Both the position numbers and the translations under genes were made by a program. From NCBI RefSeq assembly GCF_964213995.1, contig NW_027590150.1:620001-684000 (forward strand): a DNA stretch of 64,000 bases, written 5' to 3'. Position 1 is the first letter of the stretch. Every line of letters starts with the position of its first letter. The DNA comes from Mustelus asterias. Its lineage: Eukaryota. Positions 11,769-22,320 of the stretch are shown here, one piece after another. Under the pieces are notes generated by a model, which was not told the origin of the DNA, ran no database searches, and was given only the letters and a program-made list of their open reading frames with translations.

Positions 11769-12838
11769 CAGAACGAAGAACAAAGAAAATTACAGCACAG
11801 AAACAAGCCCTTTGGCCCTCCAAGCCTGCAGCAACCATGCTGCCTGTCTGAACTAAAACCCCCTACCTTTCCGGGACCATATCCCTCTATTCCTATGCTA
11901 TTCATATATTTGTCAAGACACATCTTAAAAGTCACTATCGTATCTGCTTCCACTACCTTCCCCGGCAACGAGTTCCAGGCACCCACCACCCTCTGTGTAA
12001 AAAACCTGCCTTGTACATCTCCTTTAAACCTTGCCCCTCGCACCTTAAACCTATGCCCCCCAGTAACTGACTCTTCCACTCTGGGAAAAAGCTTCTGACT
12101 ATCCACTCTGTCCATGCCCCTCATAATCTTGGAGACTTCTATCAGGTCTCCCCTCAACCTCCGTCGTTCCAGTGAGAACAGACCAGGTTTCTCCAAACTC
12201 TCCTCATAGCTAATGCCCTCCACACCAGGCAGCATCCTGATAAATATTTTCCGTACCCTCTCCAAAGCCTCCACATTCTTCGGGTAGTGTGGTGACCAGA
12301 ATTGAACACTAGATTCCAAGTGCGGTCAAACTAAGGTTCTATAAAGCTGCAACATGACTTGCCAATTTTTAAACTCAATGCCCCGGCCGATGAAGGCAAG
12401 CATGCCATATGCTTTCTTGACTACCTTCTCCACCTGCATTACCACTTTCAATGACCTGTGTACCTGTACACCGAGATCCCTCTGCCTATGAATGCTCTTA
12501 AGGGTTCTGCCATTTACTGTATATTTCCATTCTGTATTAGACCTTCCAAAATGCATTACCTCACATTTGTCCGGATTAAACTTCATCTGCCATCTCTCCG
12601 CCCAATTCTCCAACTGCTCTATATCCTGCTGTATCCTTTGCCGTTCCCCATCGCTATCCGCAATTCCACCAACGTTTGTGTCGTCCACAAACTTACCAAT
12701 CAAACCAGTTACATTTTCCTCCAAATCATTTATATATATTACAAACAGCAAAAGTCCCAGCACTGATCCCTGCGGAATGTCACTTGTCACAGCCCTCCAT
12801 TCAGAAAGGTACCTTTGCACTGCCAACCTCTGTTTTCT
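11769..12838 (-). mobile_element. CR1 LINE 3' fragment
   Basis: ORFs 12326-12826 and 11696-12319 encode RT C-terminal motifs; the insertion is absent from the paralogous flank at 4527-4670. Confidence 0.92.
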
Positions 12839-13077
12839 TCTGACTAAATATCTCTAAACTTCCTAACACCCTGTCACTCTGTGATCCTTGTGACATTTGA
12901 AACCAGGTATTTGCAAAAAGACTCAAAGAGCATCAACCCACTGGAGGCTGAGACCAGCCAGTCCAGCACAAAGAAACCCTCTGACCCTTCCCATTGACCA
13001 ACTGTGAGAATGAACAAAATGCAATCCTGGATGTAATTGAGAGCAGGAACAATAACAGCAGAATCCAACCTCTGGAA

Positions 13078-15183
13078 TCACTCGTGAACTTGCTGGTGCC
13101 TCAGCAGCCGGGATGAAACGCTGAAACCCTTCCCACACACAGAGCAGGTGAACGGCCTCTCCCCAGTGTGAACTCGCTCGTGCGTCTGCAGGTTGGATAA
13201 CTGAGTGAATTCTTGCCCGCACTGAGAGCAGGTGAACGGCCTCTCCCCAGTGTGAACTCGCTGGTGTGTTTGCAGGTTGGAAAGCTGAGTGAATCCCTTC
13301 CCACACTGAGAGCAGGTGAACGGCCTCTCCCCTGTGTGAACTCGCTGGTGTGCCCGCAGGCTGGATGACTGAGTGAATCCCTGCCCACACTGAGAGCAGG
13401 TGAATGGTTTCTCCCCTGTGTGAACCCGCTGGTGTGTCCGCAGGTCGGATGACCGAGTGAATCCCTTCCCACACTGAGAGCAGGTGAATGGTCTCTCCCC
13501 AGTGTGAACTCGCTGGTGTGTCTGCAGGCTGGATAACCGAGTGAATCCCTTCCCACACTGAGGGCAGGTGAACGGTCTCTCTCCAGTGTGAACCCGCTGG
13601 TGTGTCCGCAGATGGGTTGACCGAGTGAATCCCTTCCCACACTGAGAGCAGGTGAACGGCCTTTCCCCAGTGTGAACTCGCTGGTGTGTCTGCAGGCTGG
13701 ATAACTGAGTGAATCCCTTCCCACACTGAGAGCAGGTGAACGGCCTCTCTCCAGTGTGAACTCGCTGGTGTCTCTGCAGGCTGGATAACTGAATGAATCC
13801 CTTCGCACACTGAGAGCAGGTGAATGGTCTCTCTCCGGTGTGAACTCGCTGATGTGTCTGCAAGTGGGATGACAGAGTGAATCCCTTCTCACATTGAGAG
13901 CAGGTGAACGGTCTCTCCCCAGTGTGAACTCGCTGATGTCTCTGCAGGTGGGATGACCGAGTGAATCCCTTCCCACACTGAGAGCAGGTGAATGGGGGCT
14001 TCTCCCCAGTGTGAACTCGCTGGTGTGCCCGCAGGTCGGATGACCGAGTGAATCCCTTCCCACACTGAGAGCAGGTGAACGGCCTCTCCCCAGTGTGAAC
14101 TCGCTGGTGTGCCTGCAGGTTGGATAACTGATTGAATCCCTTCCCACACTGAGAGCAGGTGAACGGCCTCTCCCCAGTGTGAATTCGCTGGTGTGTCAGC
14201 AGGCTGGATGACCGAGTGAATCCCTCCCCACACTGAGAGCAAGTGAATGGCCTCTCCCCTGTATGAACTCGCTGGTGTGTCCGCAGCTCGGATAACTGAA
14301 TGAATCCCTTCCCACACTGAGAGCAGGTGAATGGCCTCTCCCCAGTGTGAACTCGCTGGTGTCTCTGCAGGCTGGATAACTGAGTGAACCTCTTACCACA
14401 CTGAGAGCAGGTAAATGGCCTCTCTCCAGTGTGAACTCGCTGGTGTCTCTGCAGGCGGGATGACTGAGTGAATCCATCCCCACACTGAGAGCAGGTGAAC
14501 GGCCTCTCCCCAGTGTGAACTCGCTGGTGTATCTGCAGGCTGGATAAATGAGTGAATTCCTTCTCACACTGAGAGCAAGTGAACGGCCTCTCTCCAGTGT
14601 GAACTCGCTGGTGTCTCTGCAGGTGGGATGACTGAGTGAATCCCTCCCCACATTGAGAACAGGTGAACGGCCTCTCTCCAGTGTGAACTCGCTGGTGTGA
14701 CTGCAGGCGGGATGACCGAGTGAATCCCTCCCCACACTGAGAGCAGGTGAATGGCCTCTCCCCAGTGTGAACTCGCTGGTGTGTCTGCAGGCTGGATAAA
14801 TAAGTGAATTCCTTCTCACACTGAGAGCAAGTGAACGGCCTCTCTCCAGTGTGAACTCGCTGGTGTCTCTGCAGGCTGGATATCCGAGTGAATCCCTTCC
14901 CACACTGAGAGCAGGTGAAGGGCCTCTCCCCAGTGTGAACTCGCTGGTGTCTCTGCAGGTGGGATGACTGAGTGAATCCCTCCCCACATTGAGAGCAGGT
15001 GAACGGCCTCTCCCCAGTGTGAACTCGCTGGTGTCTCTGCAGGTTGGATAACTGACTGAATCCCTTCCCACATTGAGAGCAGATGAACGGCCTCTCCCCA
15101 GTGTGGCTGCGCCGATGAGCTTCCAGCTCTGATGGGGTTCCGTATCCCTTCCCACAGTCCGCACATTTCCATGGTTTCGCCAT
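13078..15183 (-). CDS. Z2: tandem C2H2 zinc-finger protein, 25 fingers, no effector domain
   Basis: 701-aa intact ORF, 25 CxxC-x12-HxxxH units with TGERPF linkers; start context accATGg; splice acceptor ttttccag near 15535. Confidence 0.93.
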   Translation of the reverse strand: MAKPWKCADCGKGYGTPSELEAHRRSHTGERPFICSQCGKGFSQLSNLQRHQRVHTGERPFTCSQCGEGFTQSSHLQRHQRVHTGERPFTCSQCGKGFTRISSLQRHQRVHTGERPFTCSQCEKEFTYLSSLQTHQRVHTGERPFTCSQCGEGFTRSSRLQSHQRVHTGERPFTCSQCGEGFTQSSHLQRHQRVHTGERPFTCSQCEKEFTHLSSLQIHQRVHTGERPFTCSQCGDGFTQSSRLQRHQRVHTGERPFTCSQCGKRFTQLSSLQRHQRVHTGERPFTCSQCGKGFIQLSELRTHQRVHTGERPFTCSQCGEGFTRSSSLLTHQRIHTGERPFTCSQCGKGFNQLSNLQAHQRVHTGERPFTCSQCGKGFTRSSDLRAHQRVHTGEKPPFTCSQCGKGFTRSSHLQRHQRVHTGERPFTCSQCEKGFTLSSHLQTHQRVHTGERPFTCSQCAKGFIQLSSLQRHQRVHTGERPFTCSQCGKGFTQLSSLQTHQRVHTGERPFTCSQCGKGFTRSTHLRTHQRVHTGERPFTCPQCGKGFTRLSSLQTHQRVHTGERPFTCSQCGKGFTRSSDLRTHQRVHTGEKPFTCSQCGQGFTQSSSLRAHQRVHTGERPFTCSQCGKGFTQLSNLQTHQRVHTGERPFTCSQCGQEFTQLSNLQTHERVHTGERPFTCSVCGKGFSVSSRLLRHQQVHE

Positions 15184-15689
15184 GGTGCAGGTGTCCTTAC
15201 CTCACTCTTGAGTGGACAATTAGTTGAAACTTCGTCCACACACAGAACAAGATTACAGTCTCCACCTGCTGTGAATGGTGTGATATTTATTCAGACTGTG
15301 TAACTGGTTAAAGCTCTTTAGTCAGTGCATCGGAACACTCTCACTCGAGTGTGGCAGTGTGTTGACGCTTTTTCACTCACACTGACATTTCAAATCTTTT
15401 CAAATCGACAGACTGGACAATCATTTCTCCTTCTGGATTCAAAGTCCGATGATATTGAGGTCCCAAGGAATATGACTCTGTCAGATCTAGACGTGACGTT
15501 TGAGATTTCAGCCTGTGATTCCTCTTTCAATATCCTGGAAAATGAGTTTCCAAAAGTCATCAGTGTCAGTACAGGATAGAAATTCAGAACAGACAATTTC
15601 TATGGAACATTCTTTCCTCTCTCATTCAGAGGGTGGGTTCTCCCCCGCATATGCACAGCTTCCCCTCTCCCTCACACATTTTGCAGTCC

Positions 15690-16760
15690 CGGGCGGGGGG
15701 AGGGGGAGATCACCGAGCGGCTTCTCGCTCTGGCCAGAGCCGTCAGCCGGTTGCCTGGAAACCTTGGCTCGATGTGGTGTAGGGGGAGGGGAACAATGGG
15801 TGGGGGCAGGGCTCCCGGGTCCGCACGCCCGGGCCTGCACCATGGAACCCGGAGACATCACCGCGGAGCGCAGTGATTCCTATTGGCTGATTCAGGCAGG
15901 GTTCTATCGTAGCGTCACAATGCGGAAGTTGTCCAATGAGCTTCAGAGTGAAATTTCGCTCTCCGATCACATTCCATTGTGACGTCACACACTCACCCAT
16001 TCCATTGTGATGTCACACCCTCACCCATTCCATTGTGACCTCACACTCTCACCCATTCCATTGTGACGTCAGGGCTTCCCTCTCCGATCACAATCCCTGC
16101 CGGCCTCCCACATGCAGCCTCAATGGCGGCAGTCAGCCCGGGTCTAACACTACAAGCTGCCGCTCCATTTGGTACAAAGGGGGGACCGGGAAGTTCATTT
16201 CCGGGGTTTGGGTTTGAACAACATGTTTACAAAGTCTCTCCACCCACTCGCCACATTTATCATTCCCCGCGCGCCGCCCCCTACCTAGTATTGATCTCGC
16301 CTCCAAATTAAAACCGCCCGTCTACCCGTCGCCATTACCCGCACTGCGCATGCTTCAGGTCCCGCCTCTCATTCACTCCGATTGGTTGGAGGATCAGCCG
16401 CTCCCGCTCGGTCCTCCAGTCCCGCCCCTCGTTCACTCCGATTGGTTGGAGGACCAGCCGCTCCGGCTCGGTCGGCCAGTCCCGCCCCCTCTTCCTATTG
16501 GTCCGGAGCTGCCGTCAATCAGTCCCCGGGCATTGTGATGTGGAGCATGCGCAGTGTCATTGCTGTCCTTGGCGCTTGTTTGTCCCGGAGAAGCGGAGTC
16601 AGCGTTAGGCGGTGGCTGGGAGGATTTGGAAACACTTTGTGGATCCGCAAACCCTTCAGAATCATTGTCAGCTCCCTGGTTTGCAGCTGCGGGGCTTCTC
16701 CCTCCCTCCCTCCCTCCCGGGAACAGGCCCAGGTTAACGGCCCCATCCTGGCTCAGCCAC
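15690..16760. promoter_or_regulatory. CpG-island divergent promoter region for Z2 (-) and Z3 (+)
   Basis: CpG-rich; CCAAT/ATTGG boxes, GC boxes, TGACGTCA (15980, 16064), NRF1-like tgcgcatgc (16346), candidate donors ctcg|gtgatc (- near 15714) and cccag|gttaac (+ near 16733). Confidence 0.75.
15970..16071. repeat. 28-bp tandem repeat (3.6 copies) carrying CRE-like sites
   Basis: cattccattgtgacgtcacacactcacc unit at 15970, 15998, 16026, 16054. Confidence 0.9.
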
Positions 16761-16980
16761 TGGAGGATGGTTCACATCAGAGGATGGGGGAGGGGGACAA
16801 TAAATAAGAGGTTACACTTTGGCCTCAAATCAATGAGGACTCTGATCTCTGGGAAGGAAGGAAACCCTGGGAGGTGGGCGGGGAGGATTCACAAACACCC
16901 GCTGGAGGCCCCAACACCCCCAATAAGACCCATTGGTTTTATTGTCAGTCTGCAGACAGCAGCTGGAGAACTGAACCCAG

Positions 16981-17265
16981 TAAGAAGTCTCACAACGCCA
17001 GGTTAAAGACCAACAGGTTTATTTGGTAGCAAAAGCCACTCGCTTTCGGATCACTGCTCCTTCATCAGGTGAGTCGGACTTGTGTTCATAAACGGGGCAT
17101 ATATATTGACACAAACTCAATTTACAAGATAATGGTTGGAATGTGAGTCTTTACAGGCAATCAAGTCTTAAAGGTACAGACAATGTGAGTGGAGAGAGGG
17201 TTAAGCACTGGTTAAAGAGATGTGTACTGTCTCCAGCCAGGACAGTTAGTGAGATTTCCACATCA
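16981..17265 (-). mobile_element. Penelope-like element terminal fragment with hammerhead-ribozyme-like core
   Basis: 14-bp TSD agaactgaacccag (16967-16980, 17266-17279); empty paralogous site 58474-58487; minus-strand CTGATGA-stem-GAAA at 17068-17044. Confidence 0.75.
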
Positions 17266-17864
17266 AGAACTGAACCCAGACAGAGGAGAGGGAGGGAGAA
17301 AACTGGGAGTGGAGGGAAGAAATGGTGGAGATGTTGAGATGGGTTTGGATTTCAGTCCAGGGGAGGAGGTAGAGTGTGTGGGACGGGGATTTATAGATTT
17401 GGGGGAACAAGAGAGGAAAATATGTTCCAGAGAAACTATGAATTGTCTGTTCAGAATTTCTATCCTGCACTGACAGTGATGGTATTTGTAAACTGTTTTT
17501 GCAGGGTATTATGAAGCAGGATTTACAGATGTGAAACTCAAACCAAACTTCACATCAAGATCTGTTTCAGTGATTTGATTCATCAGAAACTGAATATCAT
17601 CAGCCTTTGTCTACAGAAGGAGAAATGTTCATTCTGTCTGCGGGCAAAGATTTCAAACATCAGTGTGACTGAAAAAGCACCTAGACACACAAACACACCT
17701 GAGAGTTTCCAATGTGCTGAATGTGGAAAGTGGTTTAACAAGTCTGAAAAATAATCACATCATTCTAACTGAGTAGTGACCCGACACATATTCTGTGTAA
17801 ACGAGGCTTCAACTCATCATCCAACCTGGAGTCACATGAGGACACCCGCAGCACAGAGAAACCA

Positions 17865-19249
17865 TTGAAATGTGTGGACTGTGGGAGGGGATTCAATTAC
17901 CCGTCCGAATTGGATATTCATCGTCGCATTCACACTGGAGAGAGGCCGTTCACCTGCTCTGAGTGTGGGAAAGGATTTGCTTACTCATCCAGCCTCTATA
18001 CACACCGGCGTGTTCACACTGGTGAGAGGCCGTTCACCTGCCTCGAATGTGGGAGGGGATGTCATGCTTTATCAAGCCTCCTGATTCACCGGGAGGTTCA
18101 CTCCGATCAGAGACTGTTTCAGTGTTCTGATTGTGAGAAAAGCTTTAAAAGCACAAAGGACCTCCTGAGACACCAGCGCACTCACATGGCGGTGAGACCG
18201 TTCACCTGCTCAGTGTGTGGGAAGGGATTCACTCAGTCATCCCACCTTCTGACACACCAACTTGTTCACACTGATCGGAGACCATTTCAGTGTTCTGACT
18301 GTGAGAAGAGATTTAAAAGTAAAAATGATTTACAAGTCCATCAGCGCACTCACACTGGGGAGAAGCCATTCACCTGCTCCGTATGTGAGAGGAGATTCGG
18401 ACGTTTATCCCAGCTGCAAACACACCAGCGAGTTCACTCTGATAAGAGACCATTTCAGTGTTCTGACTGTGAGAAGAGCTTTAAAAGTAAACAGGATTTG
18501 GTGACACACCAGCGAGTTCACACTGGGGAGAAACCGTTCACCTGCTCGGTGTGTGGGATGGGATTCACCCATTCATCCCACTGTCTGAGACACCAGCGAG
18601 TTCACACTGGGGAGAAACCGTTCACCTGCTCGGTGTGTGGGATGGGATTCACCCATTCATCCCACCGTCTGAGACACCAGCGAGTTCACACCGGGGAGAA
18701 ACCGTTCACCTGCTCGGTGTGTGGGATGGGATTCACCCATTCATCCCACTGTCTGAGACACCAGCGAGCTCACACCGGGGAGAAGCCATTCATTTGCACT
18801 GTGTGTGTGGGAAGGGATTCACTGATTCAGCCCAGCTTCTGATACACGAGCGAATTCACACTGGGGAGAAACCCTTCACTTGCTCCACATGTGGGAAACG
18901 ATTCACTCAGCCACCCCAGCTCATTGCACATCAACTGGTCCACACTGATCAGAGACCTTTTAAATGTTCTGACTGTGAGAAGAGCTTTAAAAGCACGAAG
19001 GACCTGCTGAGACACCAGCAAATTCACACTGGGGAGAGATCATTCACCTGCTCCATGTGTGGGAAAAGGTTCACTCAGTCATCCCACCTGCTGAGACACC
19101 AGCAGGTTCACACGGGAGAGAGATCGTTCACCTGCTCCGTATGTGGGAAGAGATTTGCTCGGTCAGCCAATCTGCTGAGACACCAGCAAGTTCACAAGTC
19201 ACTGCAGGGGTTGGATTCTGCTGTTGCTGCTAATCCCATGCAGGACTGA
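17865..19249 (+). pseudogene. Z3: C2H2 zinc-finger gene, 16 fingers, start ATG lost and frameshift in finger 12
   Basis: Family ATG position reads ACA (17853-17855); extra TG in tgtgtgtgtg near 18800-18810 shifts frame; distal frame ends SLQGLDSAVAANPMQD. Confidence 0.8.
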
Positions 19250-19284
19250 ATCATGTTCATTCTGTTATTAAGGAGACTGGGATG

Positions 19285-21862
19285 GGACACAGATAATCTC
19301 CGTGCAATCAGGCAGAGTCAACATGGTTTTGTGCAAGGGACATCCTGTTAATTGATGTGTTGGATTCTTTGAGGAAGTAACAAGCAATGTGGATAAAGTG
19401 GAACCTGTGGATGTGGTGTATTTAGTTTTCCAGAAGGCATTTGACAAGGTGCCACATCAATGTTTACCACACTTAATAAGAATTCGTAGCATAAGGCATA
19501 TTAGCATTTTATCCATGTTGATTCTTTATATTAGCATGGATAGAGGATTGATGAGCTAATCGGAAACAGAGAGGAACATAGAACATAGAACATAGAACAT
19601 AGAACATTACAGCGCAGAACAGGCCCTTCGGCCCACGATGTTGCACCGACCAGTTAAAAAAAAAAACTGTGACCCTCCAACCTAAACCAATTTCTTTTCG
19701 TCCATGAACCTATCTACGGATCTCTTAAACGCCCCCAAACTAGGCGCATTTACTACTGATGCTGGCAGGGCATTCCAATCCCTCACCACCCTCTGGGTAA
19801 AGAACCTACCCCTGACATCGGTTCTATAACTACCCCCCCTCAATTTAAAGCCATGCCCCCTCGTGCTGGATTTCTCCATCAGAGGAAAAAGGCTATCACT
19901 ATCCACCCTATCTAAACCTCTAATCATCTTATATGTTTCAATAAGATCCCCTCTTAGCCGCCGCCTTTCCAGCGAAAACAATCCCAAATCCCTCAGCCTC
20001 TCCTCATAGGATCTCCCCTCCATACCAGGCAACATCCTGGTAAACCTCCTCTGCACCCTCTCCAAAGCCTCCACATCCTTCCTGTAATGTGGGGACCAGA
20101 ACTGCACACAGTACTCCAAGTGCGGCCGCACCAGAGTTGTGTACAGTTGCAACATAACGCTACGACTCCTAAATTCAATCCCCCTACCAATAAACGTCAA
20201 GACACCATATGCCTTCTTAACAACCTTATCTACTTGATTCCCAACTTTCAGGGATCTATGCACACATACACCTAGATCCCTCTGCTCCTCCACACTATTC
20301 AAAGTCCTCCCGTTAGCCCTATACTCAACACATCTGTTATTCCTACCAAAGTGAATTACCTCACACTTCTCCGCATTAAACTCCATCCGCCACCTCTCGG
20401 CCCAACTTTGCAACCTGTCTAAGTCTTCCTGCAAACTACGACACCCTTCCTCACTGTCTACCACACCACCGACTTTGGTGTCATCAGCAAATTTGCTAAT
20501 CCACCCAACTATACCCTCATCCAGATCATTAATAAATATTACAAACAGCAGTGGCCCCAAAACAGATCCCTGAGGTACACCACTTGTAACCGCACTCCAT
20601 GATGAATATTTACTATCAACCACCACCCTCTGTTTCCTATCCGCTAGCCAATTCCTGATCCAATTTCCTAGATCACCCCCAATCCCATACATCTGCATTT
20701 TCTGCAGAAGCCTACCATGGTGAACCTTATCAAACGCCTTACTAAAATCCATATATACCACGTCCACTGCCTTGCCCCCATCCACCTCCTTGGTCACTTT
20801 CTCAAAAAACTCAATAAGGTTAGTAAGGCACGACCTACCTGCCACAAAACCATGCTGAGGGAGAAACAAGTCATTTTTGGGATGGCAAAGTGTAGCCTGT
20901 GGAGTGCCACAGGGACCAGTGCTGGGCCCTCAACTATTGACAAACTATTTTCATGATGTGGATGACAGGATCAAAATTTGTTGATAACACAAAGGTAGGT
21001 AGGAAAGTGAGATGTGAATGACCATAACAAGCCTGCAAAGCGATATAGATAGGGTCAGTGAGTGGGCAAAAAGTTGGCAACTGGAACAAGATTTTTGGAT
21101 AATGTGAACTTGTCCATTTGGCAGGAAGGATGGAAAAGCAGCTGATTATTTAAACAGAGAGAGATTGCAGAACTTTGAGGTACAGAGGGATCTGGGTGTC
21201 CTGGTACCGTAATCAGGAAAAGTTAGTGTGTGGATCCAGCAAATGATTAGAAAGGTAAATGAATTGTTGTTTATTGCAGAGATGTTTTGCTGCATTTGTT
21301 CAGGGTATTGGTGAGACCACATCTAGAGCACGGTGTACAGTTTTGGTCTCCTTACTTAAGAGAGGACTTGTGTGAGAAGTAGTTCAGAGAAGGTTTAGTT
21401 GACTGATTCACGGGATGAGGGTGTTATCATACAAGGAAATGTTGGACATGTTCGGCCTGTATCTAAAGGGGTTTAGAAGAATGAGAGAGGATCTGATTGA
21501 AACATAAAATTCAGAGGGGACTTGACAGAGTGGATGTTGATTGTAGAGAGAGGAGAACTAGAGGCACAGTTTAAAAATACGGGGTCTCCCATTTAAGACT
21601 GGGATGAGGAGAAACCTTTTCTCTCAGAGGGTTGTTACAGTGTGGAATTCTCTTCCACAGAGAGTGGTGGAGGCTGGCTCACTGAATATTCTGAAGTCTG
21701 AATTTAATAGATTCTTGATTGACGAGAGTGAAAGGGTGTGAGGGGTAAGAAGGAAAGTGGAGTTGAAGCTACAATCACATCAGCCGGGACCCTATTGAAT
21801 GGTGGAGCAGGCTCGAGGGGCCGAGTGGCCTTCTCCTGCTCCTAATTCACATGTTCCCATTG
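19285..21862 (+). mobile_element. old degenerate CR1 in the Z3 3' UTR, split by a young CR1
   Basis: Decayed QSQHGF, DVVYL-FQKAFDKVPH, VRPHLE and CR1 tail gagcaggctcgaggggccgagtggcc on either side of 19575-20857. Confidence 0.8.
19575..20857 (-). mobile_element. young 5'-truncated CR1 with intact RT C-terminal ORF
   Basis: About 390 uninterrupted codons (QHGF...DFSKAFD...PQGSVLGP...FADD...), 3' tail ending in tandem (AGAACAT)n on the + strand. Confidence 0.94.
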
Positions 21863-21980
21863 TGATAGTTGGAGTTTGTTTCTGCTGATGTTAATTTCCC
21901 AAAAAACTGAGCTGCAGCTTAATCTACAGAATAGAATCAAATAAATCTTGCCAATCTGATTGTTCAGCCAGGGTCTAACT

Positions 21981-22320
21981 GGGCGGCACGGTAGCACAGT
22001 GGTTAGCACTGCTGCTTCACAGCTCCAGGGTCCCGGGTTCGATTCCCGGCTCGGTTCACTGTCTGTGTGGAGTTTGCACATTCTCCTCGTGTCTGCGTGG
22101 GTTTCCTCCGGGTGCTCCGGTTTCCTCCCACAGTCCAAAGATGTGCAGGTTAGGTTGATTGGCCAGGTTAAAAATTGCCCCTTAGAGTCCTGAGATGCGT
22201 AGGTTAGAGGGATTAGTGGGTAAATATGTGTGGGTAGGGCCTGGGTGGGATTGTGGTCGGTGCAGACTCGATGGGCCGAATGGCCTCCTTCTGCACTGTA
22301 GGGTTTCTATGATTTCTATG
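21981..22320 (+). mobile_element. full-length HE1-type SINE
   Basis: gggcggcacggtagcacagtggttagc head, B-box, core, CR1-like tail gggtttctatgatttctatg. Confidence 0.92.

Noticed and set aside
13078-15183. PRDM9 assignment for the homogeneous array
   Set aside because: No PR/SET, SSXRD or KRAB exon visible; the gene has its own nearby promoter and paralogous structure.
12923-15239. Long alternative-frame ORFs over Z2 ([10 protein letters not shown]... and WEGIHSVI... repeats), and similar ones over other arrays
   Set aside because: Expected shadows of a stop-poor 84-bp repeat; no independent coding evidence.
21981-22055. tRNA gene calls for A/B-box sequences
   Set aside because: All are heads of SINEs, continuous with SINE core and tail.
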